A stretch of 64,000 nt of DNA from Clostridium sp. CAG:964. Its GTDB lineage: Bacteria; Bacillota; Clostridia; Oscillospirales; Acutalibacteraceae. Positions 9,425 to 18,521 of this stretch are shown here, one piece after another. A program made the position numbers and the translations under genes. Numbering within the stretch: position 1 is the first letter of the stretch; every line of letters starts with the position of its first letter. The stretch spans positions 1,300 through 65,299 of the forward strand of contig FR891307.1 in the NCBI GenBank assembly GCA_000435335.1, written 5' to 3'. Under the pieces are notes generated by a model. That model saw only the letters and a program-made list of their open reading frames with translations. It was not told where the DNA came from and ran no database searches.

Positions 9425-9643
9425 GTGCTTTTTTAAAATTACCCAAAATAATATATGGGTTAAAAATATACGACATATATTTGTTGTCATATGAAATAAA
9501 GCCTTAAACATATGCAAATATTTGAATTTATCGGCTTTTGCATTAAGTCCGAGAAGTCCGAGGAAAGAGCAGCTGCAAAAAATCGGAAATACCTAAGGCG
9601 GCACTCCCGATTTTCTGTATAAATATTAATTATTAAATTACGG

Positions 9644-9859
9644 TTACAGCTCAAAATCCTTTGGGTCATATTTAGGAAATTGCGGTGCTGTCTTAGGCAC
9701 ACGCATAAGCGGGTTGTACTTAAACCTTGAACAGCTTCCGTTTACAAGCTGTTTATTTGCCTTGCATATTGTAATTCCATTCATTTTTTGAGCATGATGG
9801 CAATACTCACAGCTGGCCTCGATATTATTACCGAATAAACCGAAGTTAAAAAATCTCAT
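9644..9859 (-). CDS. Small Cys-rich hypothetical protein (possible zinc-binding)
   Basis: 71 aa with CEYCHH...C...C spacing. No family recognised with certainty. Confidence 0.3.
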   Translation of the reverse strand: MRFFNFGLFGNNIEASCEYCHHAQKMNGITICKANKQLVNGSCSRFKYNPLMRVPKTAPQFPKYDPKDFEL

Positions 9860-9998
9860 ATAAACTCCCCTTTGCTTTATTCATAATCAAACAAAGTGCC
9901 GTATAAAATGTTACTAAATGTTCACTTGTATTATAACACCTGTAGTAATATAATGTAAAGTGCAAAGATTTAGTATACAGGTATTACGGAGGAATTAG

Positions 9999-10850
9999 AT
10001 GAATCTGCCAAAATTCAACAGTGAAATAATGAATCTAAATGTCAAAAATGATGTTCCCTTTCTAACCTACAAGGCACTTGAAGAGCTGCCGTTTATTACC
10101 CATGCCTTTTCTACCCGACTGGGGGGTGTAAGTACCGGGGAGTTCTCAACAATGAATCTTGCCTTTAATCGTGGAGATAACCCCGATAATGTCACAGAAA
10201 ATTACAAGCGGCTGTGCAAGGCAGCCGGCTTTTCCTTTGACAGTCTTGTTGCCTCTGCACAAGACCATCACACCTTTGTACGCAAAGTAACGGAAAACGA
10301 TTGCGGCATTGGCATAAGCAAGCCCAGAGATATACAGAGTGTTGACGCTCTTGTAACTGACCGTCCGGGTGTAACATTGGTTACATATTATGCAGACTGC
10401 ACCCCTATATTTTTTGTGGACAAGGCAAAAAAAATCATAGCACTGGCACACGCCGGCTGGCGTGGTACGGTGGGCAAAATTTGTGAGCATGTGGTGCACA
10501 TTATGAAAAACGACTATAACAGCAGCCCTGCCGATATAGTATGCTGTATAGGCCCTGCAATTTCAAAATGCTGTTATGAAATAGACGAAGACTGTTTCAA
10601 GCATTTTGCAGATATACCGGAGCTTGACTTAGAAAAAATTATGACGCCAAAGGAAAACGGTAAATATATGGCAGACCTGCTTGAAGCAAACAGGCAAATA
10701 CTTCTTCAAAGTGGTATAAAGGCCGAAAATATAACCGTAAGTGATGTATGTACAAAATGCAACAGCAATTTGCTGTGGTCACACCGTGCTACAAACGGTC
10801 ACCGTGGCACAATGAGTGCCTTTATGTGCATTAACGAAAGCAATAAATAA
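9999..10850 (+). CDS. pgeF: Peptidoglycan editing factor PgeF / YfiH (DUF152 laccase-like)
   Basis: 283 aa. The signature HAGWRG motif is present (ALAHAGWRGTVGKI). Confidence 0.85.
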   Translation: MNLPKFNSEIMNLNVKNDVPFLTYKALEELPFITHAFSTRLGGVSTGEFSTMNLAFNRGDNPDNVTENYKRLCKAAGFSFDSLVASAQDHHTFVRKVTENDCGIGISKPRDIQSVDALVTDRPGVTLVTYYADCTPIFFVDKAKKIIALAHAGWRGTVGKICEHVVHIMKNDYNSSPADIVCCIGPAISKCCYEIDEDCFKHFADIPELDLEKIMTPKENGKYMADLLEANRQILLQSGIKAENITVSDVCTKCNSNLLWSHRATNGHRGTMSAFMCINESNK

Positions 10851-10861
10851 GGAGTGTAAAT

Positions 10862-11575
10862 ATGAAAAATAAAATAACCGCCCTGATTATATGCAGTATA
10901 TTAACCACAGGCATTATTTCCGGCTGTGGCTGCGAAGCCACAAAGCCGATCTCTGCAACAGAAACAACAGCTGCGGCTACCGCTGCACAAGCTACAGAGG
11001 CCGCTACGCCATCAGCAACTAAAAAAGCTGCCACCGCCCCCACTCAGACACCTACTTCTGCCGCAGCGTCAACAGAAAAAAGCACCTTTTCTGTTGAAGA
11101 GGGTGACAGCTTTGAATTTTCCGACGATAAAAACAGCACTGCACCAACCGAGGCTGACACATCCGATACTGATGAAACCGTAAAAAATCCTACAGCTGCA
11201 CCAATAGCTGTGCCGGACTCACCATCATCGGTTACAGTAACGGCTGAAGACCTTGTCGGCACATGGAAGCCCTTAATGGCTGCAGCTGTTTCCAACAGCA
11301 AGGAGGTTCCTTTTCAGGATGTTTTCGGTTCATCATTTACCGAATCCGGCGGCTCGCTTGTAATCTCTGCAGACGGCAGCTTTAATATTAATATGGGAGC
11401 ATCTATAAAAGAGAGCAAAACCAAGGGTACATTTACTACAAGCAAAAATTATTTGCTTGTAAAGTACAGCGACAATTCAACTGATACCTTCCTGTATATA
11501 CCGGATTACCAAAGCAAAGAGGTTATAAAGGCACAGATAAACAGCTACTATATATATTTCTATAAGGAAGACTAA
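10862..11575 (+). CDS. Lipoprotein with an Ala/Thr-rich linker and a C-terminal lipocalin-like domain
   Basis: Lipobox ISGCG signal peptide, a low-complexity A/T/S/E linker and a C-terminal DLVGTWK-type beta-rich domain. Confidence 0.6.
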   Translation: MKNKITALIICSILTTGIISGCGCEATKPISATETTAAATAAQATEAATPSATKKAATAPTQTPTSAAASTEKSTFSVEEGDSFEFSDDKNSTAPTEADTSDTDETVKNPTAAPIAVPDSPSSVTVTAEDLVGTWKPLMAAAVSNSKEVPFQDVFGSSFTESGGSLVISADGSFNINMGASIKESKTKGTFTTSKNYLLVKYSDNSTDTFLYIPDYQSKEVIKAQINSYYIYFYKED

Positions 11576-11589
11576 TTTGTATATAATTT

Positions 11590-11634
11590 TCTAAAGCAGG
11601 GCTCCCCCGACAGTACAGCTTATTTGCTGACTGA
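11590..11634. terminator. Bidirectional GC-rich hairpin between the lipoprotein gene and prfC
   Basis: ggctcccccgacagt ... actgacgggggagcc inverted repeat. Confidence 0.5.
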
Positions 11635-11690
11635 CGGGGGAGCCTTGCTGTTAATTGACACAAGCTTATACTGCGGGTTAGTGCTGTGTG

Positions 11691-13277
11691 CTAATTTTCA
11701 CTGAATTCCTCTAATATTAAGCCTTTATTATGCTCCAACGCCCAGTTTATACTCCATTCACTTGTAAACAAAAGCAGGTTATTGTCCTTAAGGTCTTGAA
11801 TACGCTTTGTGTCAGACGCCAAATCAAGCCTTTTAGGGTCTATGTCCTTGTTGCCTATCCAGCGAATAAACTGATACGGCAGTGTATTCATAATAATATC
11901 CACATTGTATTCGTTCTTTAAACGGTATTCCAGCACCTCAAACTGCAATGTACCTACAACGCCAACTATAACCTCTTCCATGCCGGCACCAAGCTCACGG
12001 AAGATCTGTATAGCACCCTCCTGTGCAATTTGGTCTGTACCCTTTATAAATTGCTTACGCTTCATGGTGTCCTTTTGCCTTACCAAAGCAAAATGCTCCG
12101 GTGCAAATGTAGGTATGCCCCGAAACCTTACCTTATGCTTAGGCATACAAATTGTATCGCCAATGGAGAATACGCCCGGGTCAAATACGCCTATAATATC
12201 GCCGGCATAGGCCTCGTCTACTACCTCTCTCTCCTGAGCCATAATCTGTTGTGGCTGAGAAAGACGCAGCTTTTTATTGCCCTGAACATGGAAAACCTCC
12301 ATATTCTTTTCAAATTTACCGGAGCATATACGCATAAACGCAACCCTGTCACGGTGTGCTTTGTTCATATTTGCCTGAATTTTAAATACAAAAGCCGAGA
12401 AATTCTCGGATAGAGGGTCTATCTCACCGTCCTCTGTTTCTCGAGGCAGCGGCGAGGTTGTTAACTGCAAAAAGTTCTCTAAAAAAGGCTCAACGCCAAA
12501 GTTAGTTAATGCGGAGCCAAAAAAAACAGGGGTAAGCTTTCCGTTTCGCACTGCTTCAATGTCAAAATCGTCGCCTGCACCCTCTACCAGCTCAATCTCC
12601 TCTAAAAGATTTTCAGCATGGTCTTCTCCGATATAGTCGGCAAGCTTTTCGTCATCAATGCTTATATCCTGCTCCTCTACCTCTTTTTGTCCGTTATTTG
12701 CAGTGAATTTCAGAATTTGTCTTGACCTTCTGTCATATACTCCCTTAAATTCCTTACCGCAGCCAATAGGCCAATTTACGGGATAGGTGTGAATTCCCAG
12801 TACATTTTCAATATCATCAAGCAAATCAAATGTATTCATTGCGTCACGATCCATTTTATTAATAAAGGTAATAATAGGAATATTACGCATAACACAAACC
12901 TTAAAGAGCTTTTTAGTTTGATTTTCAACACCCTTAGAGCCGTCTATAACCATTACCGCCGAGTCAGCCGCCATAAGGGTACGGTAAGTATCCTCCGAAA
13001 AATCCTGGTGACCGGGCGTGTCCAGTATATTAATACAGTAACCGTTATATTTAAACTGTAAAACAGAGGAGGTTACGGAAATACCCCTTTGCTTTTCAAT
13101 TTCCATCCAGTCAGAAACTGCGTGCTTTGTGGACTTTTTACCCTTAACTGTGCCGGCTGTGTTTATTGCTCCTCCGTATAGCAGCAGCTTTTCGGTAAGC
13201 GTTGTTTTACCGGCGTCCGGGTGAGAGATTATCGCAAAAGTTCTTCGCTTTTCAATTTCGCTTTTTAATGTGGACAA
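11691..13277 (-). CDS. prfC: Peptide chain release factor 3
   Basis: The RRTFAIISHPDAGKTT G1 motif and RF3 length. The start is reassigned to a TTG at 13277, preceded by GGAGGAG 6 nt upstream. The ATG at 13343 would add a non-conserved hydrophobic extension. Confidence 0.9.
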   Translation of the reverse strand: MSTLKSEIEKRRTFAIISHPDAGKTTLTEKLLLYGGAINTAGTVKGKKSTKHAVSDWMEIEKQRGISVTSSVLQFKYNGYCINILDTPGHQDFSEDTYRTLMAADSAVMVIDGSKGVENQTKKLFKVCVMRNIPIITFINKMDRDAMNTFDLLDDIENVLGIHTYPVNWPIGCGKEFKGVYDRRSRQILKFTANNGQKEVEEQDISIDDEKLADYIGEDHAENLLEEIELVEGAGDDFDIEAVRNGKLTPVFFGSALTNFGVEPFLENFLQLTTSPLPRETEDGEIDPLSENFSAFVFKIQANMNKAHRDRVAFMRICSGKFEKNMEVFHVQGNKKLRLSQPQQIMAQEREVVDEAYAGDIIGVFDPGVFSIGDTICMPKHKVRFRGIPTFAPEHFALVRQKDTMKRKQFIKGTDQIAQEGAIQIFRELGAGMEEVIVGVVGTLQFEVLEYRLKNEYNVDIIMNTLPYQFIRWIGNKDIDPKRLDLASDTKRIQDLKDNNLLLFTSEWSINWALEHNKGLILEEFSEN

Positions 13278-13475
13278 AATAACTCCTCCATAATTTTTAC
13301 TTATAATTACTGCACCAAAAAAGCCCGTTAAGGCACAGTACATACTCTAATATTTTACTTATATATTTAATAATTGTCAACTACTGCCGTATAATACATA
13401 AGCATATTATGTGCTTGGTTGACTTTATAATTTTACAATAATATAATTAATCTAAAAACAATTCAAGGTGATTTT

Positions 13476-14579
13476 ATGAAAAATAATTGCGGTCTATATA
13501 TACATATACCGTTTTGCAGCAGCAAATGTCTGTACTGCGACTTTTATTCCAAAGCCGACAGCAAAGAGGAAATAAACACATATGTTGACCATATACTGTG
13601 GGCTGCGGAGAAATATGGCAAGGAATACAGCAGTAAAATTTTTGATACTATATATATCGGCGGCGGAACTCCGAGTGTAATAGGCACAAATAATCTATAC
13701 AGCATTATTGCTGCGATGAAGCAACACTTTAAAATAATTAGCCCCGAAATCACTGTAGAAATGAACCCCTGCTCAGCCCGTAAAATAGATTTTGAAAGGC
13801 TAAGAGATATAGGCGTAAACAGAATATCCCTAGGCGTGCAAAGTGCAAATGAAAATGAGCTTAAAGTGCTGGGAAGAATACACAGAAACAATGATGTAAA
13901 AGCAGCCGTTGAAAAAATCAAAAGCAGCGGCATTGACAATATATCCTTAGATTTAATGATAGGTATTCCGGAGCAAACAACAGAATCACTTAAAAATTCC
14001 ATTGATTTTTGTATTGAGCTGGAGCCAAAGCATATATCTGCATATATTTTAAAAATCGAGGAAAATACACCCTTCAAAAGGCTTGCACCAACGCTAAACC
14101 TGCCTAACGAGGATGCTCAGGCAGATTTTTACGAATATATGCAGGACTACCTTAGCAAAAACGGTTTTGAACAGTATGAAATTTCAAACTTTGCCCAAGC
14201 AGGGTACGAAAGCAGGCATAACATAAAATATTGGCAGTGCGATGAATACCTTGGTCTGGGGCCGTCTGCACATTCAATGATGAACAGCAAACGCTTTTAT
14301 TTTCCACGGAGCACTACAGATTTTTATAATAACAAGACTGTTTATGAGGGTGAGGGTGCAACAAGTGAGGAATTTATTATGCTTAGTATGCGTCTGAAAA
14401 CCGGTTTAATATTTAAGGAATACACCGATTTTTTCCACAGGCCTGTTCCCCGTCAATGCATAGCTGTAGGCAAAAAGTATGAGCGTTACGGCTATACAAG
14501 GGCAGACAATGCCTCTGTTTCACTAACTCCAAAGGGCTTTTTAGTGTCTAATGCCATTATAGCAGAAATGCTGGAATAG
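13476..14579 (+). CDS. hemW: Radical SAM heme chaperone HemW (coproporphyrinogen III oxidase-like)
   Basis: CxxxCxxC radical-SAM motif (CSSKCLYCDF). HemN-like fold. 367 aa. Confidence 0.85.
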   Translation: MKNNCGLYIHIPFCSSKCLYCDFYSKADSKEEINTYVDHILWAAEKYGKEYSSKIFDTIYIGGGTPSVIGTNNLYSIIAAMKQHFKIISPEITVEMNPCSARKIDFERLRDIGVNRISLGVQSANENELKVLGRIHRNNDVKAAVEKIKSSGIDNISLDLMIGIPEQTTESLKNSIDFCIELEPKHISAYILKIEENTPFKRLAPTLNLPNEDAQADFYEYMQDYLSKNGFEQYEISNFAQAGYESRHNIKYWQCDEYLGLGPSAHSMMNSKRFYFPRSTTDFYNNKTVYEGEGATSEEFIMLSMRLKTGLIFKEYTDFFHRPVPRQCIAVGKKYERYGYTRADNASVSLTPKGFLVSNAIIAEMLE

Positions 14580-14664
14580 CAAAAAGCTGTTTTTGGTATG
14601 TCCGAATTTCTGCACTTCAATTACAGCGATTTCAAGCCTTGGCAACAGTCCTAGAAATAAAGCA

Positions 14665-14702
14665 ACGCAGTCTGCTGAAAAGTCAGCAGACTGCGTTTTT
14701 TG
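14665..14702. terminator. Bidirectional terminator between hemW and the amylase gene
   Basis: acgcagtctgctg-aaaag-tcagcagactgcgt followed by TTTTTT. Confidence 0.7.
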
Positions 14703-14736
14703 AATAAATATGAACTATTAAGTCTTATATTATTAA

Positions 14737-16911
14737 TTAAGCCTTATCATATTTCTTTCTTACCGCAACAATCACACCACCTGCTGCCAACAAAATTGTT
14801 GTCAACAATGCAACTGCTGCAGAATCACCGGTAGCTACCTTGCCGGTTGAAGCATCATTATTTGATGATGAATCTACGCTACTGTTTGAAGCAGATGAAT
14901 CTTTATCATTTACAACATTTGCAGCAACTGTTGCATCTGTTGATGCAGCTGTAGCAGGCTCTGTTGCAGGGTTTGTATTGTCATCAACCGGTGTAGTAGG
15001 GTTTGTATCATCATCAACAGGTACAGTAGGCTCTGTTGAAGGTGCTGTTGGTGCCTCAGCAGAAACAGCCTCAATAAGAATTGTATTATGAGCGCCGCTG
15101 TTAAATGTAACACTGCCGTTTGCAACTGTAGCTGTAGTACCGTCGTAAGCGTTTCTAACTACTGAGCCGTCAGCAAAAATTGAGCTAACATCAGTAGATA
15201 CATCTGTATTAGCAGCTGAAGTAATTACAGCAGCTACAGAATCCTTAACACCGTTCTTGTCGTAAACTCTTGTAAATGCCACACCGTTAGCGTCTGAGCT
15301 TGAAATTGCTGCGTTTGCACCTGCACCAACAGCAACGTGGCTGCTTCTAAACTTACCAACCTTCTGCCAATGTGCCTCAAGGTCATTGTCGATGCTGTCC
15401 CAGTTCATAAAGCTTCTTAGTGAGTGATCGCCCAAGCTGCTTACAGAAATCTTTGAGCCATTGTCAAGGTGAATAGCTGACAATCTCTGTCTGTTGGATT
15501 CATCACCATAGAAAATCTGAATTGCACCAGGCAACAGCTGGAATGCAGTACCCTGGTAGTACATATCTGAATCCTTCTTGTTAGCAAGTGTATCATCGTG
15601 AGATGAAATGTATGTCAGAACATTGAAATTATCGTTAGTATTAATCTTGTCTGCATAGTCCTGATATGTTGAATCAATCTTTGTCAGATCCGGAACACCG
15701 CCGCCCTGTGTAAAGTTAATCATTGAGTCAAAGCCGCCGGCTGTGTAGTAATCGCTTGAAGGTTCAAGTCCCATACCGTAATTCTCGCCTGTCATCCAGA
15801 AGCTGCTGTCATCAAGAGCCTTATCAGGATTTTCTGCCTTCCACTCAGCCAAAGCCTTTGTACACTCAGTTTTCAGTGCAGACCATGATTCCTTTTCTAC
15901 ATGCTTAGCTGTGTCGCAACGGAAGCCGTCAATACCGAACTCACTTACCCATGCTGACAGCCAGCAAATCTCGTAGTATCTTGTAGTTCTTGGGTATCCT
16001 GTTTTTGCAAACCAGTAATCGATATATGCCTCTTTCTCGCTCAAAGTACCCTCTTGAGTCCACTTTGTTTTTAAAATCTCAGGAATACCAACCTCTTTGG
16101 TTGACTCTGTTTTAAAGTCAGGCAGATACTCAAGGCACTTTGTAAGGTCGTCACTTCCGCCGTCTGTATAACCGGCAATACCTGCTCTAAGCCAATCACT
16201 GCCCCACCATTTAGCCCACTTTTCAGGCTGGGTTTTGTAGTTGATAACCTTGTCAAAGGCCTTGTTGCTTATGTTGTTCCAGTCGTAATATGTGTCCTTC
16301 CAGTTGTCAGCCAAAACGCCAAAGCCGTACTGGTCCATATCTACCATTGTAGCGTAGCCTGCATGGTTCATAACAACATCCAAAACTACACGAATTCCAT
16401 GCTCATGAGCAGTATCTACCATTTGACGGAACTCATCAATAGTACCAAAGTTTGCGTCAGGGTTTGTGTAGTCAAGCACATAGTAGCCGTGGTATGCATA
16501 GTGAGGGTAATTTACCTTACCTGTTCCGCCTACAAGATAGCCGTGTGTCTGCTCATAAGGTGCAGAAATCCAAAGTGCGTTTACACCAAGATCGTTAAAA
16601 TAGCCCTCATTAATTTTTTGTGTAATACCTACAAAGTCGCCGCCCTGGAATGCCGCAGCATTTGTGTTTAAGTTTGCTACTGTGCCATCCTGATTTAATC
16701 CACGATTATACGAATGGTCGTTGCTTGTGTCACCGTTATTAAAACGGTCTGTAAGCAAGAAATACACAGAAGCATTGTCCCAAGAAAAGCTTGAGGCAGT
16801 CTTGGCAGCTGTTGTGTCAGTAGCAGATGCAACTGCGGCAGAGCTAACTGCCAGCGTAGATACCATAGCTACAGACAAAATAACCGAAAGAGTTTTTTTA
16901 CCTAGCTTCAT
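14737..16911 (-). CDS. Secreted GH13 alpha-amylase with a Thr/Pro-rich stalk and a C-terminal membrane anchor
   Basis: Signal peptide from MKLGKKTLSV (AAGGAG RBS before the ATG at 16911). GH13 regions DVVMNH, GFRCDTAKH and YISSHD. A C-terminal P/T-rich linker, then a hydrophobic segment and KKYDKA. Confidence 0.85.
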   Translation of the reverse strand: MKLGKKTLSVILSVAMVSTLAVSSAAVASATDTTAAKTASSFSWDNASVYFLLTDRFNNGDTSNDHSYNRGLNQDGTVANLNTNAAAFQGGDFVGITQKINEGYFNDLGVNALWISAPYEQTHGYLVGGTGKVNYPHYAYHGYYVLDYTNPDANFGTIDEFRQMVDTAHEHGIRVVLDVVMNHAGYATMVDMDQYGFGVLADNWKDTYYDWNNISNKAFDKVINYKTQPEKWAKWWGSDWLRAGIAGYTDGGSDDLTKCLEYLPDFKTESTKEVGIPEILKTKWTQEGTLSEKEAYIDYWFAKTGYPRTTRYYEICWLSAWVSEFGIDGFRCDTAKHVEKESWSALKTECTKALAEWKAENPDKALDDSSFWMTGENYGMGLEPSSDYYTAGGFDSMINFTQGGGVPDLTKIDSTYQDYADKINTNDNFNVLTYISSHDDTLANKKDSDMYYQGTAFQLLPGAIQIFYGDESNRQRLSAIHLDNGSKISVSSLGDHSLRSFMNWDSIDNDLEAHWQKVGKFRSSHVAVGAGANAAISSSDANGVAFTRVYDKNGVKDSVAAVITSAANTDVSTDVSSIFADGSVVRNAYDGTTATVANGSVTFNSGAHNTILIEAVSAEAPTAPSTEPTVPVDDDTNPTTPVDDNTNPATEPATAASTDATVAANVVNDKDSSASNSSVDSSSNNDASTGKVATGDSAAVALLTTILLAAGGVIVAVRKKYDKA

Positions 16912-17043
16912 ATTAATATCTCCTTTATATGTTAATAATGTGTACAAATACAACTGTACTGATTATATCATATATTCATAAAATTAGTAAGGCGTTTTAG
17001 TAAAAATATTGCACAAATTAGTTGTTAGTATTTTGGTAATAAT

Positions 17044-17080
17044 GCAAAAACCCAACAGTCTGTTAAAACTGTCGGGTTTT
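17044..17080 (-). terminator. Terminator at the 3' end of the pilus operon
   Basis: Minus-strand hairpin aaacccgacagt/actgttgggttt followed by TTTTT. Confidence 0.55.
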
Positions 17081-17102
17081 GCTGAAATTATTCTTTTAAA
17101 AA

Positions 17103-17879
17103 TTATCTTCGTTGAGTTGTTCTGAAATAAACGAAATTGGTTTTGTAGCTCTCACTAAAATCTGTACTTATATTCAGGCTGCTTGTGGTTATTGAGGTAT
17201 CGGTAATATTATTCATAACCGAGCCTGCGGCAACCGAATAATCACTTTTGTCAGCTAAATTATTATCAATAGACTTATTTATTATTTCAAAATTTGTCAT
17301 TGAATTCATTGTATAGTCAAAGAAAACAGAGTTTGGAGATGACGCCATCAATTTCAATTTAAAGTTCATTTCCTTGATATTGTCAACAGTAAATATTGGC
17401 TTAAATGAATTAGAGCCTGCACCCTTGGTGTATTTTGACAGCCTAAAGGATAATGCAGTAGGTGCATTTGTAGGGTCGGCAACATATGCAAACAGTATAT
17501 AATCACAATACTTATCGCTTGCACTGTTGTCGGCGTCCTGCAGCTTGTCGTCGGCATCAAGAGAAGTATTACTCGTGGTAACAAACTCATTAATTGCATC
17601 TGTTATATTTGTTGCTGAGCTTGAGCTTTCAAACTTAACCTTAACAGCCGTTTTGATATACTTATCAAGATTACGCTGCATAAGCGAAACACTGCGTTGA
17701 CATTCGGAAATTTTTGTCGCCCTTTGGTACTCTTCGCTTGCTATAAAAATAGCCTGGAAAGAGAGTGACGAAACTATCGCAAGGATTGCTACAGTAGCAA
17801 TCAACTCAACAAGCGTAGCACCACGCTTACTTTTTGCTTTTTTGCCAATACGGCGAATAGTGCCGGATTTAGTATTCAT
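17103..17879 (-). CDS. Minor pilin / pseudopilin (prepilin-type N-terminal methylation domain)
   Basis: N-terminus KRG|ATLVELIATVAILAIV (class III signal, Glu+5). 258 aa. Confidence 0.7.
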   Translation of the reverse strand: MNTKSGTIRRIGKKAKSKRGATLVELIATVAILAIVSSLSFQAIFIASEEYQRATKISECQRSVSLMQRNLDKYIKTAVKVKFESSSSATNITDAINEFVTTSNTSLDADDKLQDADNSASDKYCDYILFAYVADPTNAPTALSFRLSKYTKGAGSNSFKPIFTVDNIKEMNFKLKLMASSPNSVFFDYTMNSMTNFEIINKSIDNNLADKSDYSVAAGSVMNNITDTSITTSSLNISTDFSESYKTNFVYFRTTQRR

Positions 17880-17894
17880 ACAACCTCTCCCTCC

Positions 17895-18521
17895 TTATTT
17901 TTCGATATTGACTTCACCTTCACAGCTTACATATCCATCACTTGAATAATATGTATATGTGGTTACCTTGTATACGGAATAATCCTCGGTAGAAGTGCCG
18001 GACTGCAGCTTCCTGTTACTTACATCTATGATGTAGTATTGCTTTTTCACGCCGGAATCTCCGGTCAAAGAGCTTTCGCTTGTAATTTGCTCTATTTCAG
18101 CATATTGATTCGGATCATAGCTCTTTACAGCCGCACCGGAAGGATCTCTTACAGAGTAAGCATCAATAGCAGTATCGTAAGCAATCTTAGCTGTAAATGC
18201 GGCATTAAATACAGGAGTGCTGTAAGGATTATTAAATATGACCTCTATACTTTCCTGAGGGGTTTTGCCGTCGTCAATGCCCTTATCGAAATTAGTTTTA
18301 ATACAGCTCAGAATAATGTCACAGTTACGCTGTGCTACCGACTGGGCGTCGTCCTTTTCGGCACCCAGCATTACGGAGCGATAGCTCATAGACAAACCGC
18401 CTACCGACGCACCCACCGCTATCATCAATATCATAACGGCAACAATCAACTCAACTAAGGTCAAGCCTTTTTTGTTATTCAGTTTTTTGAAAGGCTTTTT
18501 CAGCTGAATCTTTTTTGTCAT
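17895..18521 (-). CDS. Minor pilin / pseudopilin
   Basis: N-terminus KKG|LTLVELIVAVMILMIAV (class III signal, Glu+5). 208 aa. Confidence 0.7.
   Translation of the reverse strand: MTKKIQLKKPFKKLNNKKGLTLVELIVAVMILMIAVGASVGGLSMSYRSVMLGAEKDDAQSVAQRNCDIILSCIKTNFDKGIDDGKTPQESIEVIFNNPYSTPVFNAAFTAKIAYDTAIDAYSVRDPSGAAVKSYDPNQYAEIEQITSESSLTGDSGVKKQYYIIDVSNRKLQSGTSTEDYSVYKVTTYTYYSSDGYVSCEGEVNIEK

Noticed and set aside
9216-9476. 86-aa minus-strand ORF and 66-aa plus-strand ORF overlapping the tRNA-Leu(CAA) gene
   Set aside because: The region is occupied by a canonical tRNA with promoter and terminator. The ORFs are spurious.
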